Shown here: in pieces, positions 42,657 through 52,290 of the stretch
Layout: every line of letters starts with the position of its first letter
Position numbering within the stretch: position 1 is the first letter of the stretch
DNA from: an uncultured delta proteobacterium
GTDB lineage: Bacteria; Desulfobacterota; Syntrophia; Syntrophales; UBA2185
Direction: 5' to 3'
Assembly (NCBI GenBank): GCA_963729715.1
Contig: CAVSPA010000004.1
Coordinates: 128,001-192,000, forward strand
Length of the DNA stretch: 64,000 bases
The notes under the pieces: model-generated
What the model was told of the DNA's origin: nothing
The model's input: the letters and a program-made list of their open reading frames with translations, nothing else
Databases searched by the model: none
Made by a program: the position numbers and the translations under genes

Positions 42657-42844
42657 CAAAAAATATGTCTACAATAAACTACATGTGGATGTATGTCTCT
42701 TTATGTTCTAAACTGCCGAAATAAGATAATATTTTTTGACGTGGAGACTCAGTTGCAGAGGGTAATGTTCGCTTGCGAGATATCTCAATAATCATTCAGC
42801 ATAAAGAAGTCTCTTATTTTCAAAGAGTTAATAATTTTGGATGC

Positions 42845-42859
42845 TGGCATCATTGTTGC
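42845..42859 (+). promoter_or_regulatory. Sigma54 (-24/-12) promoter
   Basis: TGGCAT-CATTG-TTGC with exact GG-N10-GC spacing, between the activator and the permease operon. Confidence 0.75.
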
Positions 42860-43080
42860 CTGTTACACGGTCGCAATAACACAGATGGGGGGAGGTGATG
42901 GGTCAAACGTTTGCGCACGGTTGGGTTACCCAACAAATTATTTACGAATATACCAAGACAAGAAGGGCAGTTTGTAAAATGGGAACCCGTGTTCAGGTTC
43001 TCTATTAATGACTTTGAATTCTAAGAAAACATTATACGCTGGTAGAAGATTATTAAACTCACTAATTAGGAGGTTCAAGA

Positions 43081-44481
43081 ATGGAAGTATTAGGTATCTT
43101 GTTGAGTCTTTTCTTGCTGATGTTCATGGCATACCAGGGGTTTTCCGTTATATTGTTTGCCCCCGTATTTGCCCTTCTTGCTGCGGCTCTCCAGGGGCTG
43201 CCGGTCATGCCGTCTTACACTGAATTGTTCATGGCGAAGGCGGTAGTATATGTAAAATTATTTTTCCCCGTTTTTATGCTCGGTGCGGTTTTCGGGAAGG
43301 TTATGGAAGATACCCTTCTTGCGAAAGGGATTTCGCACGCCATCATGGAGAAACTTGGACACAAGCATGCCATTTTGGCTGTCGTACTGTCCTGTGCGAT
43401 TCTTACTTATGGAGGCGTCAGCCTGTTCGTCGTTGTTTTTGCCGTCTACCCGTTTGCGGCAGCCTTGTTCAAAGAAGCGAACATGCCGAAGCGTCTGATT
43501 CCTGGCTGTATTGCCTTAGGCTCATTTACATTTACGATGGACGCATTTCCGGGAACACCGCAAATACAGAACATCATCCCTACTACATTTTACGGGACAA
43601 ACGGTTATGCTGCACCGATTGCTGGCATAGTTGGCGGAGTTCTAATCTTTATCATAGGGATGATTTATCTGCAATGGAGACTCAGAAAGGCGCTGGGAAA
43701 AGGGGAAGGATATGGTGCGCACACCTTGAATGAGCCCGCGGAGGCAGCGGACATAAAGCTGCCCAAGTGGTACATTGCGATTCTGCCGTTGGTTCTGGTC
43801 TTAGGTATCAATTATTACCTGTCACGGGTTTATACCTGGGATCCTGCTATCCTCGCACCTCTAAGCGGCATGAAGCTTCCCTTGATGGCGCCTGCTGTGA
43901 AGAATGTCATCGGTATCTGGTCGCTTGTTATTGGCCTTGTTATGGGTATTGTTCTTGCCCTTGCACTTGGTTTCAAGAATATACCTAAGGATGGTGGATT
44001 GCAGAAGGCACTGAATATCGGCGCCATCGGATCGCTTTTGGCCATCATGAACACAGCTTCCGAGGTTGGTTATGGCAATGTCATCGCCGCGTTGCCGGGA
44101 TTCAAGTCCATCGCCGCAGCCCTCCTTGGAATCAAAATCGGTGGTACACCCCTCGTCTCTGAAGCGGTTTCGGTTACGACCTTAGCCGGCATCACGGGTT
44201 CTGCATCGGGAGGTATGTCCATTGCGCTTGACCTTATGTCCAAAGACTGGCTCGCTTGGGCAAACTCCATAGGCATGTCGCCGGAGATTCTGCACAGGGT
44301 CGCATCAATGGCATCAGGCGGTTGCGATACAATGCCTCATAATGGTGCGGTTATTACACTGCTCGCTGTCTGCGGGTTGACCCATAAACAATCATACATT
44401 GATATCTTCGCCATGACTGTTATTAAAACGGGCATGGTCTTCGTAGTTATCGCACTATATCTTCTCACTGGCATTTACTAA
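43081..44481 (+). CDS. GntP-family permease (short-chain carboxylate / hydroxybutyrate type)
   Basis: Multi-pass membrane protein; LTYGGVSLFVVVF, PGTPQIQN, GITGSASGG, PHNGAVIT. Confidence 0.87.
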   Translation: MEVLGILLSLFLLMFMAYQGFSVILFAPVFALLAAALQGLPVMPSYTELFMAKAVVYVKLFFPVFMLGAVFGKVMEDTLLAKGISHAIMEKLGHKHAILAVVLSCAILTYGGVSLFVVVFAVYPFAAALFKEANMPKRLIPGCIALGSFTFTMDAFPGTPQIQNIIPTTFYGTNGYAAPIAGIVGGVLIFIIGMIYLQWRLRKALGKGEGYGAHTLNEPAEAADIKLPKWYIAILPLVLVLGINYYLSRVYTWDPAILAPLSGMKLPLMAPAVKNVIGIWSLVIGLVMGIVLALALGFKNIPKDGGLQKALNIGAIGSLLAIMNTASEVGYGNVIAALPGFKSIAAALLGIKIGGTPLVSEAVSVTTLAGITGSASGGMSIALDLMSKDWLAWANSIGMSPEILHRVASMASGGCDTMPHNGAVITLLAVCGLTHKQSYIDIFAMTVIKTGMVFVVIALYLLTGIY

Positions 44482-44508
44482 CAATGAAATTGGAAAGGAG
44501 AACAAACC

Positions 44509-45414
44509 ATGAAAAAACCGTTTAAAAAAGTTGCCGTGGTCGGCACCGGCATCTTGGGAACGCAGATCGCCATGCTTGCCGCAAACGTCGGGTACAAGGT
44601 GAAGGTCTATGATCCCCGGGAAGGGGCTTTTGAGCTTGCTTTCAATAACCGCAAAGCGGAGCTCAAGGGGAAGAAGATTACGCCGTTCATTCCCTGGGAC
44701 AGATGGGAGCGGATCAGAAAAGCCGTTGTGCAGGTAACGGACCTTCGCGAAGCGGTAAAGGACGCCGATTTCGTGATTGAGGCTGCGCCGGAAAATGTGG
44801 AACTAAAGAATAAGGTCTTTAAGCAGCTGGGAGCCATGACGCCGAAGAGCTGCATTATCGCTACCAACAGCTCGTCCATCCCCGTGTCGAAAATGGAAAA
44901 GAGCAGCGGCAGACCGGAACGCTGCCTAAATGTTCATTTCTACTTCCCCCTTCAGGGTACCAATATGGTGGATATCATGGGTGGGACAAAGACGCTGCCC
45001 GCAGTGATGAAGAAGGGAAGGGAATGGATTATATCCATTGGCTGCATTCCGCTCACCGTGAACAAGGAAATCCTTGGGTTCTGTTTCAACCGCGTGTGGC
45101 GCGCCATCAAGCGTGAAGTCCTCTATATGTGGGGAAACGGGTTCGTGGATTTTCGCGACTCCGATCGCGGGTGGATGGTGTTCACGAAAATGAAGGAGGG
45201 TCCTTTCGGGCTCATGGATAAGGTCGGTCTCGATGTGGTCTATGATATCGAGATGGTGTACTACAACGAGTCAAAGGATCCTAAGGACAAGCCTCCGGAC
45301 GCTTTGCTCAAGATGGTGAAGGCGGGAAAGCTCGGCGTAAAAAGCGGGAAGGGATTCTATACCTACCCGAATCCTGAATTCCTGCGGAAGGATTTTCTCA
45401 AGCCCAAGGGCTGA
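44509..45414 (+). CDS. 3-hydroxyacyl-CoA dehydrogenase family protein
   Basis: VVGTGILG, IEAAPEN, ATNSSS, HF, GFCFNR, GPFGLMDKVGLD, GKLGVKSGKGFY. Confidence 0.9.
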   Translation: MKKPFKKVAVVGTGILGTQIAMLAANVGYKVKVYDPREGAFELAFNNRKAELKGKKITPFIPWDRWERIRKAVVQVTDLREAVKDADFVIEAAPENVELKNKVFKQLGAMTPKSCIIATNSSSIPVSKMEKSSGRPERCLNVHFYFPLQGTNMVDIMGGTKTLPAVMKKGREWIISIGCIPLTVNKEILGFCFNRVWRAIKREVLYMWGNGFVDFRDSDRGWMVFTKMKEGPFGLMDKVGLDVVYDIEMVYYNESKDPKDKPPDALLKMVKAGKLGVKSGKGFYTYPNPEFLRKDFLKPKG

Positions 45415-45425
45415 GTATTGTCATG

Positions 45426-45482
45426 CTTAACTGACCTCAGTGTCCAGTATCTCATAGAGTAAGGTCCCTGGGGTCAGTTAAG
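45426..45482. terminator. Long hairpin after the dehydrogenase gene
   Basis: CTTAACTGACCTCAG / CTGGGGTCAGTTAAG, 15-bp stem with one G-U pair. Confidence 0.55.
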
Positions 45483-45586
45483 AAAAGCCTTGTGGACAAA
45501 AAGGCGGCCGGGAACCCACTGCCGGCCCCTAAAGATATAGGTGTCTCTGTTTATCATGGATCCCTTTTAGAATGAGGTGGAAGTTC

Positions 45587-45799
45587 ATGGAGAAAGTGAA
45601 ATTCAAAATCCCAAATATGGAATGCAAGTCCTGCGCGAATGCAATTGAGAAGAAACTAAAGTCCATGGCGGGAGTCAAAGCGATTGATATCGATCTTCAG
45701 AAAAAGATAATCAGCATCCAACACGACAATCCCAACCTGTGCCAGGAAGACCTTACCTGTGCAGTGGAAAATATGGGATACAAAGTTCAAGTGCCATAA
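45587..45799 (+). CDS. Heavy-metal-associated (CopZ-like) protein
   Basis: MECKSC metal-binding motif, AVENMGY; RBS GAGGTGG before ATG 45587. Confidence 0.85.
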   Translation: MEKVKFKIPNMECKSCANAIEKKLKSMAGVKAIDIDLQKKIISIQHDNPNLCQEDLTCAVENMGYKVQVP

Positions 45800-45960
45800 A
45801 GTGGTAACACCCGTGCGCGGGTTTCAGGGGTCAGTCCTGTCGTCAAAAGCTACTCTCATCAGATTGAGAGTTGTCTAAGGCAGTCCTGCATACAGAGAAG
45901 TTAATGCGTACACGCTATTACTTTGATCTTTATTAATTGGACGGGGAGGCGCTAACATTA

Positions 45961-46389
45961 ATGATAAAGGATCGGATCAGCTTCACTATTGGAGAAGAAG
46001 CAACGGTGACGAAGCTTGTCGGCGATGAAGATATCAAGGCATTTGCTCGGATATCGGGTGATCACAATCCTGTACACATGAATGAAGAATATGCGAAAGG
46101 CACCATGTTTGGCGGCCGAATAGCGCATGGGATGCTGGTTGCAAGTCTCATATCCGCCGTTTTGGGAACCAGGCTCCCGGGGCCGGGGGCAATTTACTTG
46201 AGCCAGCAGTTACGATTTCTTGCTCCTGTGAGGCCGGGCGACGAGGTGACAGCCCGTGCCAAGGTCATCGCCTGGGATCCAGAAAAGGGGCGTGTTACAC
46301 TATCTACGGAAGTTGCAAACATGAAAGGCATTGCCGTAATAACAGGGGAGGCACAACTCGTCATGTCATCGTACCTAAAAAAGAGATGA
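45961..46389 (+). CDS. MaoC-family (R)-specific enoyl-CoA hydratase
   Basis: FARISGDHNPVH, RIAHGML, PGPGAIYLSQQLRFLAPV. Confidence 0.9.
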   Translation: MIKDRISFTIGEEATVTKLVGDEDIKAFARISGDHNPVHMNEEYAKGTMFGGRIAHGMLVASLISAVLGTRLPGPGAIYLSQQLRFLAPVRPGDEVTARAKVIAWDPEKGRVTLSTEVANMKGIAVITGEAQLVMSSYLKKR

Positions 46390-46657
46390 CAGGGAGCATA
46401 CCGGGGTTATCTTAACAAGCATAATGATATGTCGGAGATCTTCGCATGAGATTGCAGGATTTTTGTCTCGATCTGGTCGGCCTTTCTTGGATACGTTATA
46501 TAACATACGCCCATCAGTGAGAAGGCGAGTATTTAGTTAAGTGGGCACTTTCTTTAGCACGTCTCCGCAATTCTGGTGTATTGAATTGACCATGCCCAAG
46601 ATCAATGATATGCAGCAGACGGGTTACACAGTATGAAATGGATGAGAGGTATGAATA

Positions 46658-46873
46658 TTGAAGATGAAGCGTGACAACCAGAAGATTACGGTCATAGCGC
46701 TTGTGCTTTATGGACTAATTATGTTGTCCTTAATTTTAATCTATCGCGATTTTCTGATAACAATCACGGCAGTGACAATTATGGCTGTGTTGTTGGTTCA
46801 ATATTTTGTTCCATTGCTAAGAGAGAGGAAAAAGCAGAAGGCAGATGCTGTTCCACCCAGTAAAAATGACTGA
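46658..46873 (+). CDS. Small hypothetical membrane protein
   Basis: 71 aa, two hydrophobic helices and a basic tail. Confidence 0.4.
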   Translation: MKMKRDNQKITVIALVLYGLIMLSLILIYRDFLITITAVTIMAVLLVQYFVPLLRERKKQKADAVPPSKND

Positions 46874-47309
46874 GCTATCTTTTTTTCGTCAGTATCTCAA
46901 TAGAGCCTAATTTTCTTCAATTTGCGTCCTAATCTTTCTATTTTAAACTTATTCAGAAGAGGATTTAGACTTATTCACGTGACTAATGAATACATCTGCG
47001 AATCCAACTGTGTCTTGAATATAAGAAAATAATCAAAGAACCCAATGACCTATTTGCAAGAATTGACCAGGAGCGCCGTCAAAAAAGTGCAGCCAGTGCC
47101 TTCCGCCATTGATGAGACTAAAGTAGGCGGCGTCGGAAATGCAAGTCTCTAAGGCCCAAGGTAACAACAGGTCAGTCAGGTAGATAAATTCCACCTGTCA
47201 TTTCGCTGGCATACCGCTACATGACCAATATTGTGGGGTCAGATCAACAAAGAGTTTGAATATTTAACACGTCAGCGCCAAATGAATTTTATTCCTTCCT
47301 TGCTATCAC

Positions 47310-48191
47310 TCAGCTTCTATCCCCTGCTTTATGCAGCAGCATTTCCCAGTCCTCGTTCACCATTTGCTGAATCTGGTCGAGGTCCTGATCGGTCAAATGC
47401 TTGAAGCGGCCCTGAAGTTTGAAATATTCCCGCACGAGATATTCCTTGGGTTTATAATTGATGGTATACTTCCGACCGCCCTCTACCTCATAGAGGGGAA
47501 AGATATTGGTCTGTACGGCCATGCGGGCGATCTTGACGGACATTTCTGAGGGGATGCGCCAGCCCGTGGGGCAGCTGGCATAAATATGAAGAAATTTCGA
47601 TCCTTTCGTTTCCCTTGCCTTCTGGGTCTTGCGGAGCAAGTCGTCGGGAAAAGCAATACTGGCCGTCGCCACATAGGGAATCCGATGGGCCACGAGGACT
47701 TCCACGATATTTTTTTTCCGCAATCTTTTCCAGTCTTGACCGGTGGTGGTTGTAGTCCAGGCACCGTAGGGTGTGGACGAACTGCGCTGGATACCGGTAT
47801 TCATATAGGCTTCATTGTCGTAGCAGACATAGAGGAAATTTTCGTTGCGTTCCACGGCGCCACTCAAAGCCTGGAAACCGATATCAAAAGTCCCGCCGTC
47901 GCCGGCCCAAGTGAGCACGGTAGTTTCCGTATCGCCCTTCATGTCGAGGGCGGCCCGCACCCCGCTTGCCGTGGCACCGCCTGTTTCAAAGGCCGCATGG
48001 ATCACCGGGATCTTAAGTGCCGATAGGGGATAAGGTCCGGTGATCACCGACCAGCAGCAGGCAGGCAGGACCATTATGGTCTTTTCTCCCAGGGCCTTGA
48101 GCACAAAACGCATGGCGATCGTCGCGCCGCAGCCGGGGCAACCCACATGCCCGGAATTTACGAATTCCCGATCCATTATCTCAGTCAGCAT
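47310..48191 (-). CDS. porB: 2-oxoacid:acceptor oxidoreductase beta subunit (TPP-binding)
   Basis: GHVGCPGCG, AGDGGTFDIG, YDNEAYMNTGIQRS, CPTGW. Substrate not determinable. Confidence 0.9.
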   Translation of the reverse strand: MLTEIMDREFVNSGHVGCPGCGATIAMRFVLKALGEKTIMVLPACCWSVITGPYPLSALKIPVIHAAFETGGATASGVRAALDMKGDTETTVLTWAGDGGTFDIGFQALSGAVERNENFLYVCYDNEAYMNTGIQRSSSTPYGAWTTTTTGQDWKRLRKKNIVEVLVAHRIPYVATASIAFPDDLLRKTQKARETKGSKFLHIYASCPTGWRIPSEMSVKIARMAVQTNIFPLYEVEGGRKYTINYKPKEYLVREYFKLQGRFKHLTDQDLDQIQQMVNEDWEMLLHKAGDRS

Positions 48192-49350
48192 TTTTCACCT
48201 CCCGCAAGCCCATCCATACGCTTTCCTTCTGAGGAACATCGCTGGTTTTAGTCTGCCAGTAAATCATCTCAAGAAGTTCAGGCGTCACATCCCTGCCGCC
48301 TATGCCCGCCACAAATCCGAAAACGGTGGGGTGAACCGGCATATTGCACAGCGCCGCCCGTACTTCCTGGGCAAAGATCCCGCTGGCTCCGAATGAGAAA
48401 TTCCGATCGACGACGGCCACCTTCTTTACCGATCTGAGTTTTTCACGAATCTGCTCGGTGGGGAAAGGCCGCAACAGTTTCAGCTTCAGAATGCCCACCT
48501 TTTCTCCCTTAGCCCTTAGGTCCTGGAGCACGAGGCGGCAGGTGCTCGTCACTGTTCCCGTAGTGATAAAGACAATGTCGGCATCCCCGCAATCAATCGC
48601 TTCCACCGGACCATAACGGCGGTTAAACTGTGCGGCAAATGCCACTTCAATCTCATCGAAACGGTCCAGGGCTTCCTCCATCGCCATCGCGATATGATAG
48701 CGCATTTCCATGTAATCGCTGGGAGCTACCAGAGGGCCGAAGCCGCAGGGATGAGCCGTATCCAGTCGAAATTTCGGCTCGAAGGGTGGCAAGAACTGGT
48801 CTACTTCCTCTTGGCTGGGCACCTCCACCGGTTCATAGGTATGGGACAGATAAAAAGCATCGAGAACGATCATGACCGGCAGATTGACCGCTTCGGCCAG
48901 GCGGAAGGCCTGGAGGGTCGAGTCGAGAACCTCCTGGCCGTCTTCACAGTACATCTGTATCCAGCCGGTGTCACGTTGGGCCAGGCTGTCGGTTTGGTCG
49001 ACCCAGATGTTCCATCCAGGCGCGAGAGCCCGGTTGACCTCGGCCATGACGATGGGAAGCCGAGCGCCGGCGGCCCAGTGGAGCAACTCATGCATCAGGG
49101 CTAATCCCTGTCCGGAAGTGGCCGTAAAGGTTCGTACCCCTGTAGTCTGGGCGCCGATCAGCGCGGCCATACAAGAGTGCTCGCTTTCCACGCGCAGGAA
49201 TTTGGCCTTCATCATCCCTTTCGTGCAGTATTCCGACAGGATCTCTACAATATGGGTTTGCGGTGTGATGGGATATGCGGAAATTACCTGAACCTTCGCC
49301 AGCCTTACCGCTTCCGCGACCGCATGACTTCCCTCTAAGACCCGTTTCAT
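48181..49350 (-). CDS. porA: 2-oxoacid:acceptor oxidoreductase alpha subunit
   Basis: AYPITPQT, VESEHS, TATSGQGL, LRPFP. ATG 49350 has RBS AGGAGG and an ATGA overlap with the upstream gene. Confidence 0.9.
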   Translation of the reverse strand: MKRVLEGSHAVAEAVRLAKVQVISAYPITPQTHIVEILSEYCTKGMMKAKFLRVESEHSCMAALIGAQTTGVRTFTATSGQGLALMHELLHWAAGARLPIVMAEVNRALAPGWNIWVDQTDSLAQRDTGWIQMYCEDGQEVLDSTLQAFRLAEAVNLPVMIVLDAFYLSHTYEPVEVPSQEEVDQFLPPFEPKFRLDTAHPCGFGPLVAPSDYMEMRYHIAMAMEEALDRFDEIEVAFAAQFNRRYGPVEAIDCGDADIVFITTGTVTSTCRLVLQDLRAKGEKVGILKLKLLRPFPTEQIREKLRSVKKVAVVDRNFSFGASGIFAQEVRAALCNMPVHPTVFGFVAGIGGRDVTPELLEMIYWQTKTSDVPQKESVWMGLREVKNAD

Positions 49351-51092
49351 GACTCCTCCTCTCTCAGGGACATGGCGTTGCGGGGGCATTCTACCACACA
49401 CAGACCGCATCCCTTGCAGTAGTCATAATTGATATGCCGTCCCTGATGATCCTTGTCCCGCATGACCGAAGTGTCCGGACAATAAATGAAGCAGTTGTCA
49501 CACTGGTTGCACAGACCGCAGTTGAAACAGCGTTCCGACTCTCTCATAGCTAGATTGGCGGAAATCTTCAAATCGATTTCTTCAAAGGATTGAACACGTT
49601 CTTCCTTGAGCAGCCGGGGCTGTATAACCCGGGGAATGAACCCGAAATAATCCGTGTTTATTTCCTCGTAACGAACCACATGGGGGTTCCGGAGCCGCCG
49701 CTCCCCGCCCATATATATCTCCATGGACAGGGACGGACCTTCGCCGACCCGGCAGGCTTCCAGCTTGGCAACAATTGCTTCGAGCCCCTCCCGGAAAAGT
49801 GTATCCAGCGCCATGGCTGCTTCTTTTCCTGACGCGACGGCGTGGACCACGCTCTTTGTTTCGTTAGTCAAATCTCCCCCAAAGACCATCACGGGGCCTT
49901 GATTCCCGCGGACTAGAACGGTGTGACTTAATCTCAGCAGGCCCGACGCACCGGCCGGAGGTTGATACCAGAGTTCATCGGCTTGGGCACCGATAGCCTT
50001 GAAGATCCGGTCAATCCGGACTTTCCGGGTTTTCCCCTCGTCGGGAGCCACCCGTGCTCTACCGCCCTCATCACCGGCAATTTTCATCTGCTGCAGGGTC
50101 AGTACGACCTGATCCTCTTCCCGGGCAACCGCAGCCGGAGCAACGAGTTCTTGAAGTTCCACTCCTTCCTCCAGGGCCATTTCCACTTCCAATTCCAGAG
50201 CGGGCATATCCTGACGGCGCCGCCGGTAGAGCAGCAACGCTCTTCCGCCCAGACGCACGACGCTTCGGGCCACGTCAATGGCCGTGTTGCCGCCGCCGAT
50301 GATGGCTGATACACCTTGGCAGGGAGGCGTCTCACCCTCTCGGAGTTTCCGGAGGAAATCCAGCCCCTCGCTGACCTCTTTCAGGTCTTCGCCCGGCACA
50401 TTCATGGACATTCCCCGGCCATGACCACAGCCGATAAAAACAGCATCATAGTCTTCCCTCATGATCTCCAGAACATCAGGACTCACCGGTTTTCCCGTAT
50501 AGATCGCGACGCCCTGTGCTTCAACTTGCTGAATATCATGGAGGAGCGCGTTCAGAGGGAGGCGATACAGTGGAATCCCCCAGCGCAGCACCCCGCCCGC
50601 TTCCGCTGATGCCTCAAATACATGGCAGGCATAGCCCAGCATGGAAAGGAACCACGCCGCCGAGAGTCCCGCCGGACCGGCACCGATCACGGCAATCTTC
50701 TGCTTCTGCAATGACATTTTCTCTAGATCCGGCTTTATCCCGTACCGGATAGCCGTATCTGCAAGAAACCGCTCGAGGCTGTGAATGGCAACGGCCGTAT
50801 CTAACTCCCGCCGGTTGCACTGGCCTTCACAGGGATGGAAGCAGACGCGTCCGCAGACGGATGGAAAGGGATTCTCGCGGAGGATCGTTTCCCAAGCCTC
50901 CTTGAAAAGCCCCTGGGAGGCCAACATCTCGATCCGGGCAATATCTTCCCCCGCCGGACAGGTGGCGCTGCAGGGCGATGTCTTCTCATCATACTGGGGG
51001 TGCAGAAACCGCCACGATCCCGTCTTATTGCTTTCCGTGGTGAGATAAGTCATTGGCATGAATAAAGGATTGGGATTCTTTGTTTCGTTCAT
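49347..51092 (-). CDS. Oxidoreductase delta subunit fused with a GltD/NfnB-like FAD/NAD(P) flavoprotein domain
   Basis: N-terminal KTGSWR (PorD-like); PC..TCP / CGRVCFHPCEGQC FeS region; GAGPAG; GGGNTAID; YRRRR; C-terminal CNQCDNCFIYCP...YDYCKGCGLCVVECP. Confidence 0.85.
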   Translation of the reverse strand: MNETKNPNPLFMPMTYLTTESNKTGSWRFLHPQYDEKTSPCSATCPAGEDIARIEMLASQGLFKEAWETILRENPFPSVCGRVCFHPCEGQCNRRELDTAVAIHSLERFLADTAIRYGIKPDLEKMSLQKQKIAVIGAGPAGLSAAWFLSMLGYACHVFEASAEAGGVLRWGIPLYRLPLNALLHDIQQVEAQGVAIYTGKPVSPDVLEIMREDYDAVFIGCGHGRGMSMNVPGEDLKEVSEGLDFLRKLREGETPPCQGVSAIIGGGNTAIDVARSVVRLGGRALLLYRRRRQDMPALELEVEMALEEGVELQELVAPAAVAREEDQVVLTLQQMKIAGDEGGRARVAPDEGKTRKVRIDRIFKAIGAQADELWYQPPAGASGLLRLSHTVLVRGNQGPVMVFGGDLTNETKSVVHAVASGKEAAMALDTLFREGLEAIVAKLEACRVGEGPSLSMEIYMGGERRLRNPHVVRYEEINTDYFGFIPRVIQPRLLKEERVQSFEEIDLKISANLAMRESERCFNCGLCNQCDNCFIYCPDTSVMRDKDHQGRHINYDYCKGCGLCVVECPRNAMSLREEES

Positions 51093-51110
51093 TTTAGATT
51101 CCTTGATGGT

Positions 51111-51674
51111 TTATCCGATCCGGCCCATCAGACAGACCGCTTCGAACGCCTCGTGGGCCGCCTCGATATTTCTCTGCGCCTCGACCTGGATGTCTTCACG
51201 GATAGCGGCCGCAATGGTCTCCATGGGGGGCATCTCCAGCATCCGGGCAAAGGCGCCGATCATGGTGGTATTGACGATGGGATGGGTCCGGGTTCCTAGC
51301 TTGTGATTCAAGGCGATCCGGTTGGCATCCACATGGGCCAGTTGAAAGCCGGCGAAGGGTTTCAGATTGGCAGGCGTCGATGGACTGTTGATCAGGATCC
51401 AGCCGTCTGGCTTGAGACCCCGGGTGACGTTGATGCTGTTGAGGAGGGTCTGATCCTGAACGGCTACATGATTCGGCGCGGTGACGTTGGTCCTGAGTAG
51501 GATCTTATTCTTGTCCAAGCGGACATAGGCTTCGACCGGCGCGCCCCGTCGTTCCACCCCGAAAAAGGGAAAACTTTGCACCTGATAGCCCGCCTCGAAA
51601 AAAGCTTTGGCCAGCAGAATAGTGGCCACCACTGTCCCCTGACCGCCCCGTCCGTGAAAACGGATTTCAATCAT
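51111..51674 (-). CDS. porC: 2-oxoacid:acceptor oxidoreductase gamma subunit
   Basis: MIEIRFHGRGGQG, FGVERRGAPV, IVNTTMIGAF; ATG 51674 with RBS GAGGT. Confidence 0.9.
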   Translation of the reverse strand: MIEIRFHGRGGQGTVVATILLAKAFFEAGYQVQSFPFFGVERRGAPVEAYVRLDKNKILLRTNVTAPNHVAVQDQTLLNSINVTRGLKPDGWILINSPSTPANLKPFAGFQLAHVDANRIALNHKLGTRTHPIVNTTMIGAFARMLEMPPMETIAAAIREDIQVEAQRNIEAAHEAFEAVCLMGRIG

Positions 51675-51687
51675 CGCGTACCTCTTT

Positions 51688-52290
51688 TCAGGTTTTGCTC
51701 CAAACGACCACGATGGCCTTTGCTGGTCCATCAGTCAAAGAACGACAACTGTGATTCAGGACAGAATCAAAATAAATCGTATCCCCGGCGGAAAGGGTTT
51801 CGACCCGGTCATTGGTGCGAAATTCGAGCTTTCCGTCCAGGAGATACACAAATTCCTCTCCCTCATGGCTGGTGAAGACCATGTCAGCTGTCTCCATGGG
51901 GACAAATTCAACCAGAAGCGGCTCCATATGCTTGCCGGGCATCCTTGCTTCGAGGGCTTCATATATGTAATCGACTTCACCTTCCCGATGATGAGGACGG
52001 CGCTGGACCTGGACCCGCTCACCCGTCCGGGTGACGGAAATCTGCTGTGCCGGCGCCTCATCCTTGAAGAAATAGGACATGCCCACATTGAGCCCCTTGG
52101 CCAGTTTGAGCAGGGTGGCCACGGGCGGCATGACCTCATCCGCTTCGATTTCAGTCAGCATCGCTTTGGAAAGTCCCGTCTTTGCGGCCAGATCAGTCAA
52201 GGTAAAAAAGTTTTTTTCACGAAGATATTTGATCTTGCCGCCGATTTTGAGTTCCTTAACGGCAGAACTGGTTTGTTCGCCCTGTGGCAT
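51688..52290 (-). CDS. XRE-family HTH + cupin transcriptional regulator
   Basis: KIKYLR...LTDLAAKTGLSKAMLTEIE; HEGEEFVYLLDG...GDTIYFDS..H; ATG 52290 with RBS GGAGGTG. Confidence 0.9.
   Translation of the reverse strand: MPQGEQTSSAVKELKIGGKIKYLREKNFFTLTDLAAKTGLSKAMLTEIEADEVMPPVATLLKLAKGLNVGMSYFFKDEAPAQQISVTRTGERVQVQRRPHHREGEVDYIYEALEARMPGKHMEPLLVEFVPMETADMVFTSHEGEEFVYLLDGKLEFRTNDRVETLSAGDTIYFDSVLNHSCRSLTDGPAKAIVVVWSKT

Noticed and set aside
42886..43009. Short leader ORFs and a GGAGGTG sequence after the sigma54 promoter
   Set aside because: The RBS overlaps or follows the candidate ATGs, and the peptides show no attenuator-like composition.
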